DNA from: Candidatus Woesearchaeota archaeon | GTDB lineage: Archaea; Nanobdellota; Nanobdellia; Pacearchaeales; GW2011-AR1 | Assembly (NCBI GenBank): GCA_964561665.1 | Contig: CAZLQA010000001.1 | Location: 1 to 40,290, forward strand | DNA: 40,290 bases | Direction of reading: 5' to 3' | Shown here: positions 24,996 to 33,232 of the stretch, piece by piece | Layout: each line of letters opens with the position of its first letter | Numbering within the stretch: position 1 is the first letter of the stretch | Made by a program: the position numbers and the translations under genes | Notes under the pieces: generated by a model | Told to the model about the DNA's origin: nothing | Seen by the model: the letters and a program-made list of their open reading frames with translations, nothing else | Databases searched by the model: none

Positions 24996-25889
24996 CTATA
25001 AAATCTTCAAGTCAACCCTTACCCTGAATTTGTAAGGCGCAATTTCACCCGCTTTTTTGAAATTAAGGATTTTAATTTTCTTTTTTGATTTTTTTGCTTC
25101 ATCAAGAATTCTTTCCCTAACAGAATCAATCTCGTCATCCTTTGCAAAATCATAGTAAAAAATCCTTGTCCCTTTTTTGCTTAAGAAAAAAGCCTCTTTA
25201 AGAAAACTTTCCTTCAACTGGGGACGGGGCATAACAATCACGTCGTATTTTTTTGGGATTTCCTGCAAGTTTAATCGGCTCGCTAACACTCGCCTATTTC
25301 TTTGATTCTTGATGTTAACCATCTGATTTGTTTTTTTATCAACATAATTCTTACCAATCTGCGAATGTGAATAAGCGGCTAATCTCTTAACACCTCCCTG
25401 AATCACCTGAACCTTATCCTCAACTTTATTCAGCTTAGAATTAAGCTTCGCATACCTGCCCGCTTCTCTATTAATCTCGATGCTTGTAACTTTCCCCGCA
25501 GGCGAATTTCTTGCAATGACAATTCCATAAGGATTTATACCCGAAAACATCACAAGCACGTTCTCGTTTCTTTTTATTTTTCCGGAGATTTCCGCCCTCT
25601 CGCTGCTTAACCTAGGGGAGAAGTATGTTGAATCCACATTAAACCTGAAAATGCATCCGTTTTCCCTGTAAAGAGCTTCTTTTGTCTTAACACCAAGAAT
25701 CCACCTCGTTTTCTGCTTTCTCAAACGTCCTTTAAATCGCGAGGTTTTCTCAAGAACTGTCCTTACAGACTTATACTGCCTAAGGATTTTTTCGGCTATT
25801 TTTTTCTTTTCATTTGCCTTTGATTCTCTTGGAAATTTTAAAATTGCAATATTTCCCATAATGTCAATTCCCGATGGTTTTTTGCCCAT
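24996..25889 (-). CDS. Trm5/Taw2-like (Met-10+) tRNA methyltransferase carrying a ~43-aa internal insertion
   Basis: It has IDIMGNIAILKF, FRFNVDSTYFSPRLSSER, VLVMFSGINPYGI (SAM motif I region) and DVIVMPRP (the NLP-type motif IV position). Confidence 0.8.
   Translation of the reverse strand: MGKKPSGIDIMGNIAILKFPRESKANEKKKIAEKILRQYKSVRTVLEKTSRFKGRLRKQKTRWILGVKTKEALYRENGCIFRFNVDSTYFSPRLSSERAEISGKIKRNENVLVMFSGINPYGIVIARNSPAGKVTSIEINREAGRYAKLNSKLNKVEDKVQVIQGGVKRLAAYSHSQIGKNYVDKKTNQMVNIKNQRNRRVLASRLNLQEIPKKYDVIVMPRPQLKESFLKEAFFLSKKGTRIFYYDFAKDDEIDSVRERILDEAKKSKKKIKILNFKKAGEIAPYKFRVRVDLKIL
25254..25382 (+). repeat. Repeat-family-like sequence inserted in frame inside the Trm5-like gene
   Basis: On the + strand, ..cggctcgctaacactcgcc..tttgattcttgatgttaacc..tgtttttttatcaacataattcttaccaatctgcgaatgtgaataagcgg aligns at roughly 70 percent by eye with copies A and B (ggctca..atttatgaaaaaattaac..tgttttatgctaacattattatcaataagcgaacgcagtgagcc). 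Confidence 0.55.
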
Positions 25890-25965
25890 AACAACAGGAA
25901 AGAAAAAAGGTTTTTATTTGTTGGGTTTTATATGAATTAAAGTAATAAATTATTTTTCAGGTTAC

Positions 25966-26072
25966 TGGAATTATTGGCACAGAACAATCGCATTCATTCA
26001 CAATCAATATTGCTGCTAATTTAATGAAAAAATTATTTAATTTTTATGCAATCTGCGAGTGAAACGAGCTGC
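25966..26072 (+). repeat. Dispersed mosaic repeat, copy I (short, diverged)
   Basis: tggaattattgg..caatcgcattcattcacaatc..gctaatttaatgaaaaaattattt..ttttatgcaatctgcgagtgaaacgagc parallels ggaattaatag..tcgcaaag..ggctcataatttatgaaaaaattaac..ttttatgctaac..aagcgaacgcagtgagc. Confidence 0.55.
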
Positions 26073-26110
26073 ATTTCTTAACAGCAAAAAACAAGATAAA
26101 ACTTTATAAA

Positions 26111-26896
26111 ATGCTATCTCTTGTTTTAAATATGAAAGAAAGAGGATTGGTATTAAGTCTTATTACTGCGATATTCGGAATATTTTCAATGAATTTTTCA
26201 AGCGCCGCGTCTTATGGAGTTCCCACATCATTCAGCGATGTTCTCAACAGCCTTGACCCATCGGCGGTGGTTCTTGGCTTTCTTTTGATAATATTTTTCG
26301 CATTTCTTAATTTTGTCTTCTCAAAGTTCTTCAGAGGCAATAAGGCAATTTCCGGGATTCTCGCATTCTCAATTTCATTTCTTGCAGTTTACGGAATAAA
26401 CTACTATGGTTTCGATTATGAATCCCTTTTCTTCAACATAGGATTGTCAAGCGACCTGTTGTATATGATAATGCCTTTCATTTTGCTCGGGGGAATAATC
26501 TTCTTCGGGGTAAAATATGGATTTGGAAGCGTTTTGTTTTTTACGGGGCTGACGCTTGTTGTGATAAGCTTCACAGACTTAGTTTACGAGCAGGGATTTG
26601 TTTTCATTATAGGCTTAATAATAGGAATAATTGGCGGATTTATGTGGATCAAAAAAAAAGATATAGGTAGTGATTATTCCAGAGATTATTCTTCTGATAG
26701 GGATTACAAACAGACAATCCCAAAAGACAATTATAAAAAAGAGTTAGAAGAAAGAAGAGATAAAGAGATTAGTCAGTACGACAAGGAATATAAAGAAGCG
26801 CTAAAAGAAAACGCCAGAAGAGACAATCAGTATAACAGACAATATGAAGAAGCATTAAAAGAAAATTCCAAAAGAGACAATATAAAGAAGCATTAA
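26111..26896 (+). CDS. Polytopic membrane protein with a charged Y/K/E/R/D-rich repetitive C-terminal tail, possibly truncated by a frameshift
   Basis: It has a signal-like N-terminus, about 5 TM segments, and then a ..QYDKEYKEALKENARRDNQYNRQYEEALKENSKRDN.. repeat. See the repeat feature 26838..26918. Confidence 0.6.
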   Translation: MLSLVLNMKERGLVLSLITAIFGIFSMNFSSAASYGVPTSFSDVLNSLDPSAVVLGFLLIIFFAFLNFVFSKFFRGNKAISGILAFSISFLAVYGINYYGFDYESLFFNIGLSSDLLYMIMPFILLGGIIFFGVKYGFGSVLFFTGLTLVVISFTDLVYEQGFVFIIGLIIGIIGGFMWIKKKDIGSDYSRDYSSDRDYKQTIPKDNYKKELEERRDKEISQYDKEYKEALKENARRDNQYNRQYEEALKENSKRDNIKKH

Positions 26897-26918
26897 AAGA
26901 AAATTCCAAAAGAGATAA
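26838..26918 (+). repeat. 38-nt direct tandem duplication at the 3' end of the membrane protein gene
   Basis: gacaatatgaagaagcattaaaagaaaattccaaaagagacaa (26838-26880) matches gacaatataaagaagcattaaaagaaaattccaaaagagataa (26876-26918). The 38-nt period is not a multiple of 3. Confidence 0.8.
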
Positions 26919-27012
26919 AGAGGCTGTTGAAAAATTAAAGAAACAGCAAGCAAAAGAAAAGAAAGATATGAAAAATGGTGGGCTGAAAAAGAAGGAAGAA
27001 ACTGATAAGTCC

Positions 27013-28053
27013 TCAAACCCAGTTCCCTAGCCCTTTCTGTTCCTGCTTTTCCTTTATACCCTTCAATTTCTCAAGTTGCTTTTCCACTCTCTCCAATGAA
27101 AAATCATGCTCTTCAACAAGAATTTTCTTTATTTTTTCCTCGTTTATTTTTGGAAACCTGAAATCCTCGCTTTTGACATCCGGTTTGTGGAACAATTCAA
27201 AGATTTCCTTCCAGTCAAACCTCTCGCTTTCAGGCAAGCTGAGAATCTGCTCCTCAACGCCCTTGAAAATCAAAACGGGCTGCTTGAATTTCTTCACTAT
27301 CTGAAGGGCTTTTTTCTGCCCTATTCCAGGGATCCCTCGGGGATTATAATCCGTACCGACGAGAATCCCCAAACAGATAAGCTGGTCAAGGTTTATCTCC
27401 AGAAGGTTTAGGACTTTTTCCAGTTCAATCATCTCTGGTTTTATCTCAACCCATCCGGAGTAAGTTTTTCTTCTTCTTGATAAAGTAAGATTTCTTACAA
27501 GTTTCGGCGCTCCAAAAAGAAGGGAATCGTAGTCCTGGCTCGCAGAGGCGTAAATTTCCTTTTTTATTCTTGCAAGATATGCCGCCTCCGCCTCTCCCTC
27601 TCCAGGAGCCTGAACGACGGCAATTCCCATTGCTTCCAAAAGTTCCTTGCTTTCGTTAATCATCTCGTCGTTCAGCCTTATCAGTTGCGAACCATAGCGC
27701 TTCATCATCCCTATATCTTCTTCGTCTTTTGCTTTCTCGTATCTTTCCTTTGCAACATCTCTCGACTCTTTCCTTGAAATGTGCGTTTTCCTTTTCTGCT
27801 CGGGAGGAATGCCGTCAAAGACATAAACAAGCTTCATCCCCTCCGAAAGCAAGTTTGTATTCCTGTAAAAAATTCCCGACAGGTGGGAAGTAATTCTTTT
27901 TTTCGAATCCATAAGAGGGGTTCCGTCCGGCTGTTTTATTGTCGAAAGAAACTGATACAGCGTGTTGAATGCGTCAACGCATACAATTTTCCCATTTAAT
28001 TCTGAAATCTCAAGTTCTCTTCTTGGAATTATCTCGCTTATGCTTAGTCCCAT
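27013..28053 (-). CDS. fen: Flap endonuclease 1
   Basis: 346 aa with XPG-N (CVDAFNTLYQFL), XPG-I (ASQDYDSLLFGAP) and H3TH (GTDYNP.GIPGIGQKKA) motifs. The C-terminal LGNWV resembles a PIP-like tail. Confidence 0.95.
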   Translation of the reverse strand: MGLSISEIIPRRELEISELNGKIVCVDAFNTLYQFLSTIKQPDGTPLMDSKKRITSHLSGIFYRNTNLLSEGMKLVYVFDGIPPEQKRKTHISRKESRDVAKERYEKAKDEEDIGMMKRYGSQLIRLNDEMINESKELLEAMGIAVVQAPGEGEAEAAYLARIKKEIYASASQDYDSLLFGAPKLVRNLTLSRRRKTYSGWVEIKPEMIELEKVLNLLEINLDQLICLGILVGTDYNPRGIPGIGQKKALQIVKKFKQPVLIFKGVEEQILSLPESERFDWKEIFELFHKPDVKSEDFRFPKINEEKIKKILVEEHDFSLERVEKQLEKLKGIKEKQEQKGLGNWV

Positions 28054-28098
28054 AAAAATAGATGTTATGGAAATATAAAAGATTATTTGTTATATGGA

Positions 28099-28575
28099 TT
28101 AATACGCTTCTCCGCTCCAGCGCTGATTTCGTGATTGTATTTCAGCATAAGCTTTGGGAAGTTTTTCTCCAAGCAAACAATCCATCTCTTTCTGGATATC
28201 TTCGAGATAGCTCCAAGCGGCACCCCTGGACATGTTTCTAAAGCCTTTCAAGACAGGATATCCCATATGCATAAGCTCTGAAAGCCTTTCTTTTATCTCT
28301 TTTATGTAAATTCTTTCACCTCTTTCCTGAGGAGCAAAAGGCATCAAGGCAACTCTTGCAATGATTTCCAACGCATTTAAATCATTTTCATAATCAACAG
28401 GTCTTGGTCTTCTTCCTGATTTTCTTTTTTTTCTTGCATCAAGGGGTGTCTCAGCTTGTAAAAAATATGCTTCAAAACCTCCTGCTCTTTTGAGAATAGC
28501 ATCTGCTAAAGCCATGCCTCTTCTCCCACCTGTTTCGTGAGTATCTTTATCAACGTCATAATTTATTCTTCCCAT
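28099..28575 (-). CDS. Hypothetical protein (158 aa), upstream of fen1 and divergent from polB
   Basis: ORF from the track. It has a basic linker (KKRKSGRRPRP). I recognise no family. Confidence 0.5.
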   Translation of the reverse strand: MGRINYDVDKDTHETGGRRGMALADAILKRAGGFEAYFLQAETPLDARKKRKSGRRPRPVDYENDLNALEIIARVALMPFAPQERGERIYIKEIKERLSELMHMGYPVLKGFRNMSRGAAWSYLEDIQKEMDCLLGEKLPKAYAEIQSRNQRWSGEAY

Positions 28576-28647
28576 AAATTAACCCTCAATTAGTGGTATA
28601 TAAAACTTGCGATTAGAAGATTTAAATAATTAAAAACTATTTCCATA

Positions 28648-31146
28648 ATGATGAAAACAGAATTCATTCCGATAGATTATGACTATTTTGATTTTGAAGG
28701 CAAAAATTTTGCAAGGGTAATAGGAAGAAACCCGCAAGGCAAAAGAATTTGCATTATTGACTCCTGCGATGTTTATTTTTGGGCAATTCTTAAAAACGGA
28801 TTAAGCGAGAGAAAAACAAAAAATCTGATTGAAAAAATCGAGAAAATAAAGCTCGACATAAAGGGGCGGAACACTATAGTCGAGAAAGTCGAGATTCACA
28901 AAAAGAATTTCCTAGGAAAACCCGTAAAAGCCCTGAAAATTTTCGCCACAAACTACAAGGACCTGCATGACATTGCGGACAAGCTCGGTTTTGAAGAGAT
29001 TGAGAAAAGAAGGGGCTACGATTTGGGATTCATAACTCATTACATAATCGAAAAAAAAATGGTTCCCATGCACTGGTATGAGATTGAAGGCGAAGTTTTG
29101 AGCAATTCCCAGGAATTCGGCGGAATTGACTCAGTTCTTGACGTTGACTTATGCATAAACCTCAAGGAGTTCAAAGAGATTGATGAAAAAAAGTTCGCTC
29201 CAAAAGTTCTCGCCTACGACATTGAAACCGATGAATTGGAAATTGGAAAAGGCGAGATTTTGATGATTTCTTTTGTATCTGAAGAATTTAAAAAAGTCAT
29301 AACATGGAAAAAACCGGCAAAAAAAATGGAGCACAAAATTCCCGTTGAATACGTGAAAAATGAGGAGGAAATGTTGAAAAAATTTGCGGAGTATGTGAAA
29401 AAAATCTCTCCTGATTTTCTTGTGGGGTATTTCTCGGACGGCTTTGACCTTCCGTACATCAAGGCGCGCGCGGACAAGCTTGAAATAAAAATTCCTCTGG
29501 GACTTGACGATTCCTCTCCAAAGTTTTCCAGGGGAGGATTTGCAGGAAGCATGACGGGGAAAATAAAAGGAATAGTCCATCTGGATATCCTGAAGTTCAT
29601 AAGAACGGCGTATTCTCAGTACATGCAGTCGGAAACCCTTTCATTGAATGAGGTTTCAAATGAATTTCTTGGGGAGGGAAAGAAAGATTTTGTTTTCCAG
29701 CACTCTTCAAAAATCTCCGACGAGAATTGGGAAAAGTATTTTGAATACAATCTCCATGATTCTGCGCTTGTCTTCAGGCTGTTTGAAAAAGTTTGGTACG
29801 ATATCATTGGATTCTCAAGGGTAATGCAGGAGCCTATTTTTGAAGTTTCAAGGAACGGCATGTCAAAAAATGTGGAATCATACATCCTTCACAATCTTGA
29901 CAAGTTCGGGGAAATCCCGGAGAAAAAGCCGACACACGGGGAAATAGCGGAGAGAAGATACATGGAAAAATATGAAGGGGCTTTTGTTTTCGAGCCTATT
30001 CCCGGAATATACGAAAACATAGCGGTTTTTGATTTTACAAGCAGTTACGGAAGCGTTATTGTGACTTATAATCTTTCAAAATCCACTTTTGTGGGGAAGA
30101 ATCTTAATAAAATTCAGGGAAAGAACACACATCATGTTGAAACAAACGGGGAAAATCTTTACTTCAGCAAGAAAGAGGGGTTTTTTCCTGAAATGCTTAA
30201 GGAAATAATAGAAAAAAGGAAAAAATACAAGCAGGAATTAAAAACCTCCTCGAGCGCAGATGACGCGATAAAAAAAGCAAGAAGCAATGCGTATAAACTT
30301 CTTGCAAATGCATCCTATGGTTACCAGGGATTCTTCGGGGCGAGGTACTATTGCAGGGAAGCCGCAGCCGCAACCGCGGGATTTGCAAAAAAGTCCATAC
30401 ATGATGCAATAAAAAACATTGATAAGGGAGGTTACAAAACAATTTATTCCGACACGGATAGCATTGCTTTTCTCCTCAGCGGAAAAACGGAAAAGCAAAC
30501 CGTTGAGTTCCTTGACAATCTTAATTCAAAGCTTCCGGGAATAATGGAACTTGAACTTGAAGGATTTTTTTCCAGAGGGTTGTGGGTGACAAAACGCTCG
30601 GGCAATCTGGGGGCAAAGAAAAAATACGCTTTAATAGACAAGGACAAAAGGATAAAAATCCGCGGATTCGAAACAGTAAGAAGGGACTGGTGCGCGCTTG
30701 CAAGAAAAGTCCAAAATACAGTCATAAAGCAGGTTTTGGAGGATGGAAACGGGGAAAAAGCGCTGAAATACGTAAAAGAAATAATAATAAAAATAAAAAA
30801 GAGGGAAATAGAAAAAAAGGATTTGATAATAAAAACCCAGCTAAAAAAGCCGCTTGAGGAATACAAGGCAATCTCGCCGCATGTGATTGCCGCAAGAAAA
30901 ATGCACGAAGCCAAGATTCCGATAAGTCAGGGAAATCTTGTTGAGTATTTTATAGCCGAATCCAAAGAGAAGAAAAAGCTCATAAGAGACAGGGTAAAGC
31001 TGCCTGACGAGAAAGGGGAATATGACATTGAGTATTATCTTGAGCACCAGATTCTTCCCGCAGTGGAAAACATATTTCAGGTGTTTAAAGTCAGTATAGA
31101 AGAAGTCATCGAAGGGAAAAAACAGACAAAGCTCGGGGATTTTTAA
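28648..31146 (+). CDS. polB: Family B DNA polymerase
   Basis: Exo I is AYDIETD and Exo II is FSDGFDLPYI. Pol A is DFTSSYGSVI, a variant of DFxSLYPSII. Pol B is KLLANASYGY and Pol C is YSDTDS. No intein is evident. Confidence 0.95.
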   Translation: MMKTEFIPIDYDYFDFEGKNFARVIGRNPQGKRICIIDSCDVYFWAILKNGLSERKTKNLIEKIEKIKLDIKGRNTIVEKVEIHKKNFLGKPVKALKIFATNYKDLHDIADKLGFEEIEKRRGYDLGFITHYIIEKKMVPMHWYEIEGEVLSNSQEFGGIDSVLDVDLCINLKEFKEIDEKKFAPKVLAYDIETDELEIGKGEILMISFVSEEFKKVITWKKPAKKMEHKIPVEYVKNEEEMLKKFAEYVKKISPDFLVGYFSDGFDLPYIKARADKLEIKIPLGLDDSSPKFSRGGFAGSMTGKIKGIVHLDILKFIRTAYSQYMQSETLSLNEVSNEFLGEGKKDFVFQHSSKISDENWEKYFEYNLHDSALVFRLFEKVWYDIIGFSRVMQEPIFEVSRNGMSKNVESYILHNLDKFGEIPEKKPTHGEIAERRYMEKYEGAFVFEPIPGIYENIAVFDFTSSYGSVIVTYNLSKSTFVGKNLNKIQGKNTHHVETNGENLYFSKKEGFFPEMLKEIIEKRKKYKQELKTSSSADDAIKKARSNAYKLLANASYGYQGFFGARYYCREAAAATAGFAKKSIHDAIKNIDKGGYKTIYSDTDSIAFLLSGKTEKQTVEFLDNLNSKLPGIMELELEGFFSRGLWVTKRSGNLGAKKKYALIDKDKRIKIRGFETVRRDWCALARKVQNTVIKQVLEDGNGEKALKYVKEIIIKIKKREIEKKDLIIKTQLKKPLEEYKAISPHVIAARKMHEAKIPISQGNLVEYFIAESKEKKKLIRDRVKLPDEKGEYDIEYYLEHQILPAVENIFQVFKVSIEEVIEGKKQTKLGDF

Positions 31147-31274
31147 TTTTTAATAATATATATTTTAATCTGCTCAAGAATATTTCTGTGTTAAGTTAAT
31201 GATGAAGAGTACAATCCAATTATCAGTTAGTTTTTTATTAAAAATAGTGACTTTAAACTAACATCTCCGTAGTT

Positions 31275-32030
31275 CTACTCCAAAAACAGCAAAGCCGCCA
31301 TAACCAAAACTCCCGCAAGGATGGATAAAAACTGGAGAAATGATTTTCCCAATCCTTTTTCCTTATGAAGTTCAGGAATCAAGTCGCTACCTGCAAGATA
31401 AATGAATCCTCCTGCAGAAACGGGAATTATGAAAAACTGGATGTTTTCAACATAACTGCTTGCTATCAGGGAAGTCACCGCCCCTATTATTATAAACATC
31501 GAAGATAGGTAATTGAAAAGAAGGGCTTTTGATTTTGAGAACCCGCCGTGCACCAATACGCCAAACCATCCCAACTCTTTTGGAATTGCGTGGAATAAAA
31601 TTGCCATTGTAATTGCAATGCCCACCGGAATGCTTACCAAAAAACTAGCTCCCAGAACCAAGCCATCCAAAAGATTATGAAAACCCCCCCCAATAAGGCT
31701 CATTATTGCCAGAGGATGAGTATGCTCTTTTTCGTATTCTATAATGTTATGGTGCCAATGAACAACTTTTTCAAGGATAAAAAACAAGACTATTCCGCCA
31801 ATTACCAAGGACGAAACAAAAAAATTCAGTCCGCCCTTTTCCCTGACTATTTCCGGAAGCAAATGAAAAAAAGCCCCTCCAAACAGCGCTCCCGCCGAAA
31901 AACTCACAAAGTAAATAAGGGTTTTTTTCAATTTCTCAAACTTAAAAGGAACCAGAATTATTCCTATAAGCGCTATGAGGCTCAAAAGAAAAGCGCTTGC
32001 TAACGTATAAATCCAAACCTGATAAGCCAT
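31275..32030 (-). CDS. ZIP-family metal (zinc) transporter
   Basis: The 251-aa protein has about 8 TM segments, a His-rich loop (WHHNIIEYEKEHTHP) and a HNLLDG / HAIPKELG ZIP signature. Confidence 0.85.
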   Translation of the reverse strand: MAYQVWIYTLASAFLLSLIALIGIILVPFKFEKLKKTLIYFVSFSAGALFGGAFFHLLPEIVREKGGLNFFVSSLVIGGIVLFFILEKVVHWHHNIIEYEKEHTHPLAIMSLIGGGFHNLLDGLVLGASFLVSIPVGIAITMAILFHAIPKELGWFGVLVHGGFSKSKALLFNYLSSMFIIIGAVTSLIASSYVENIQFFIIPVSAGGFIYLAGSDLIPELHKEKGLGKSFLQFLSILAGVLVMAALLFLE

Positions 32031-32067
32031 TTATTGCTTAAATAAAATAACTTTATAAACATTTTTT

Positions 32068-32109
32068 GGGCTTTATTGGAAAATTAGTTAAAGTTTTTTC
32101 GCGAACCAT
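32068..32109. repeat. Possible short fragment of the repeat family upstream of the Nop2/Sun gene
   Basis: gggctttattggaaaattagttaaag resembles cgcttattggtaaaatcctagttattc (the 53-bp unit). cgcgaaccat resembles ggcgaaccat in copies F and H. The match is weak. Confidence 0.3.
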
Positions 32110-32113
32110 AATA

Positions 32114-33232
32114 ATGAAGCACAAAATTGAGCTAAAACCTGCTTTTGCAGAAAGAATGGAATCCCTTCTCGGGAAAAAAGGTTTTGAAGAGTATATCTTA
32201 TTTCTGGAAAAACCGTTGATGAAATCAATCCGCGCAAACACCCTGAAAATATCCGTAAATGAGCTCAAAAAAAGGCTTGAAAAAAAATCCTGGGTTTTAA
32301 AGCAGCCTTTCAGAAAATTCCCTGAGGTGATGATTGTTGAAGGGAAAATTGCCGGTAAAAACAAAGAGGATAATGATGATAATTATAAAGGCAACGTTGT
32401 AAAAAATTTCCATAAGTTAGTTAATGCAAATAAAGATGGGGGCGAACGAAGTGAACTTTTGGGAGGGAATAATCGAGCGAAGCAAGGCAAAATAATAGAC
32501 TTGGAACCCGGAGAACTTGGAAGAAGCCTGGAGCATCTTCTCGGATACTATTATGTTCAGGACATTTCAAGCATGCTCCCTGTTATGGCACTAAACCCCG
32601 CGAAAAACGAATCGGTGGTTGACTTATGCGCCTCTCCCGGAAGCAAGACAACCCAAATCTCAGCCATGATGAACAACCTTGGAGTTTTAATAGCAAACGA
32701 CGTGAAACTTGAAAGAATAAAAATACTCGCTTCAAATCTTGAGCGCTGCGGAGCCTCAAATGTGATAATGACAAAAAACTACGGGGATGTTTTGTGCAAA
32801 AGAATGAGGAGGATAGGATTCCAAGCAGACAAAATACTTATTGACGCCCCGTGTTCCGGAGAAGGAACGATAAGAACATCCACTATGACTGCAAAGATGT
32901 GGAACGCAAACAGAATTTACAGCCTGTCGGTGATACAAAAAAATCTTCTTGCGGGAGCCGTGGAAATCCTGAAAAAAAACGGCGAGATAATTTACTCAAC
33001 ATGCACCCACACTCCGGAGGAAAACGAGGAAGTCGTAGATTGTATATTAAATAATTTTAAGAATATAAAAGTTGAAAAGCCTTTGCTCCCAAAAGAACTA
33101 AAGGCAAATCCGGGAGTTTTGGAATGGCAGGGGAAATCTTATTTAAAAGAAGTAAAAAAATGCGTGAGAATATACCCCCAAGACAACAACACCGAGGGTT
33201 TTTTCATAGCAAAACTGAGGAAAATAGGATGA
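32114..33232 (+). CDS. NOL1/NOP2/Sun-family RNA cytosine-C5 methyltransferase carrying a ~50-aa internal insertion
   Basis: It has IRANTLKIS, HLLGYYYVQDISSMLP, DLCASPGSKTT, IDAPCSGEGT and YSTCT motifs. I prefer the start MKHKIELKP.. at 32114. The stop overlaps the next ATG (ATGA). Confidence 0.85.
   Translation: MKHKIELKPAFAERMESLLGKKGFEEYILFLEKPLMKSIRANTLKISVNELKKRLEKKSWVLKQPFRKFPEVMIVEGKIAGKNKEDNDDNYKGNVVKNFHKLVNANKDGGERSELLGGNNRAKQGKIIDLEPGELGRSLEHLLGYYYVQDISSMLPVMALNPAKNESVVDLCASPGSKTTQISAMMNNLGVLIANDVKLERIKILASNLERCGASNVIMTKNYGDVLCKRMRRIGFQADKILIDAPCSGEGTIRTSTMTAKMWNANRIYSLSVIQKNLLAGAVEILKKNGEIIYSTCTHTPEENEEVVDCILNNFKNIKVEKPLLPKELKANPGVLEWQGKSYLKEVKKCVRIYPQDNNTEGFFIAKLRKIG
32351..32503 (+). 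repeat. Repeat-family-like sequence inserted in frame inside the Nop2/Sun gene
   Basis: The exact 13-mer gcgaacgaagtga (32442-32454) equals 40007-40019 of copy G. About 35 nt downstream it is followed by gcgaagc, as in copy D (gcgaacgagtgaaa..30 nt..gcgaagc). The segment encodes GKNKEDNDDNYKGNVVKNFHKLVNANKDGGERSELLGGNNRAKQGKIID. Confidence 0.5.

Noticed and set aside
28648-31146. Possible inteins or introns in polB, the rfc genes, cdc48 or the tRNA genes.
   Set aside because: Protein lengths and motif spacing are normal (PolB 832 aa, RfcS 319 aa, CDC48 766 aa). Both tRNAs fold without intervening sequence.
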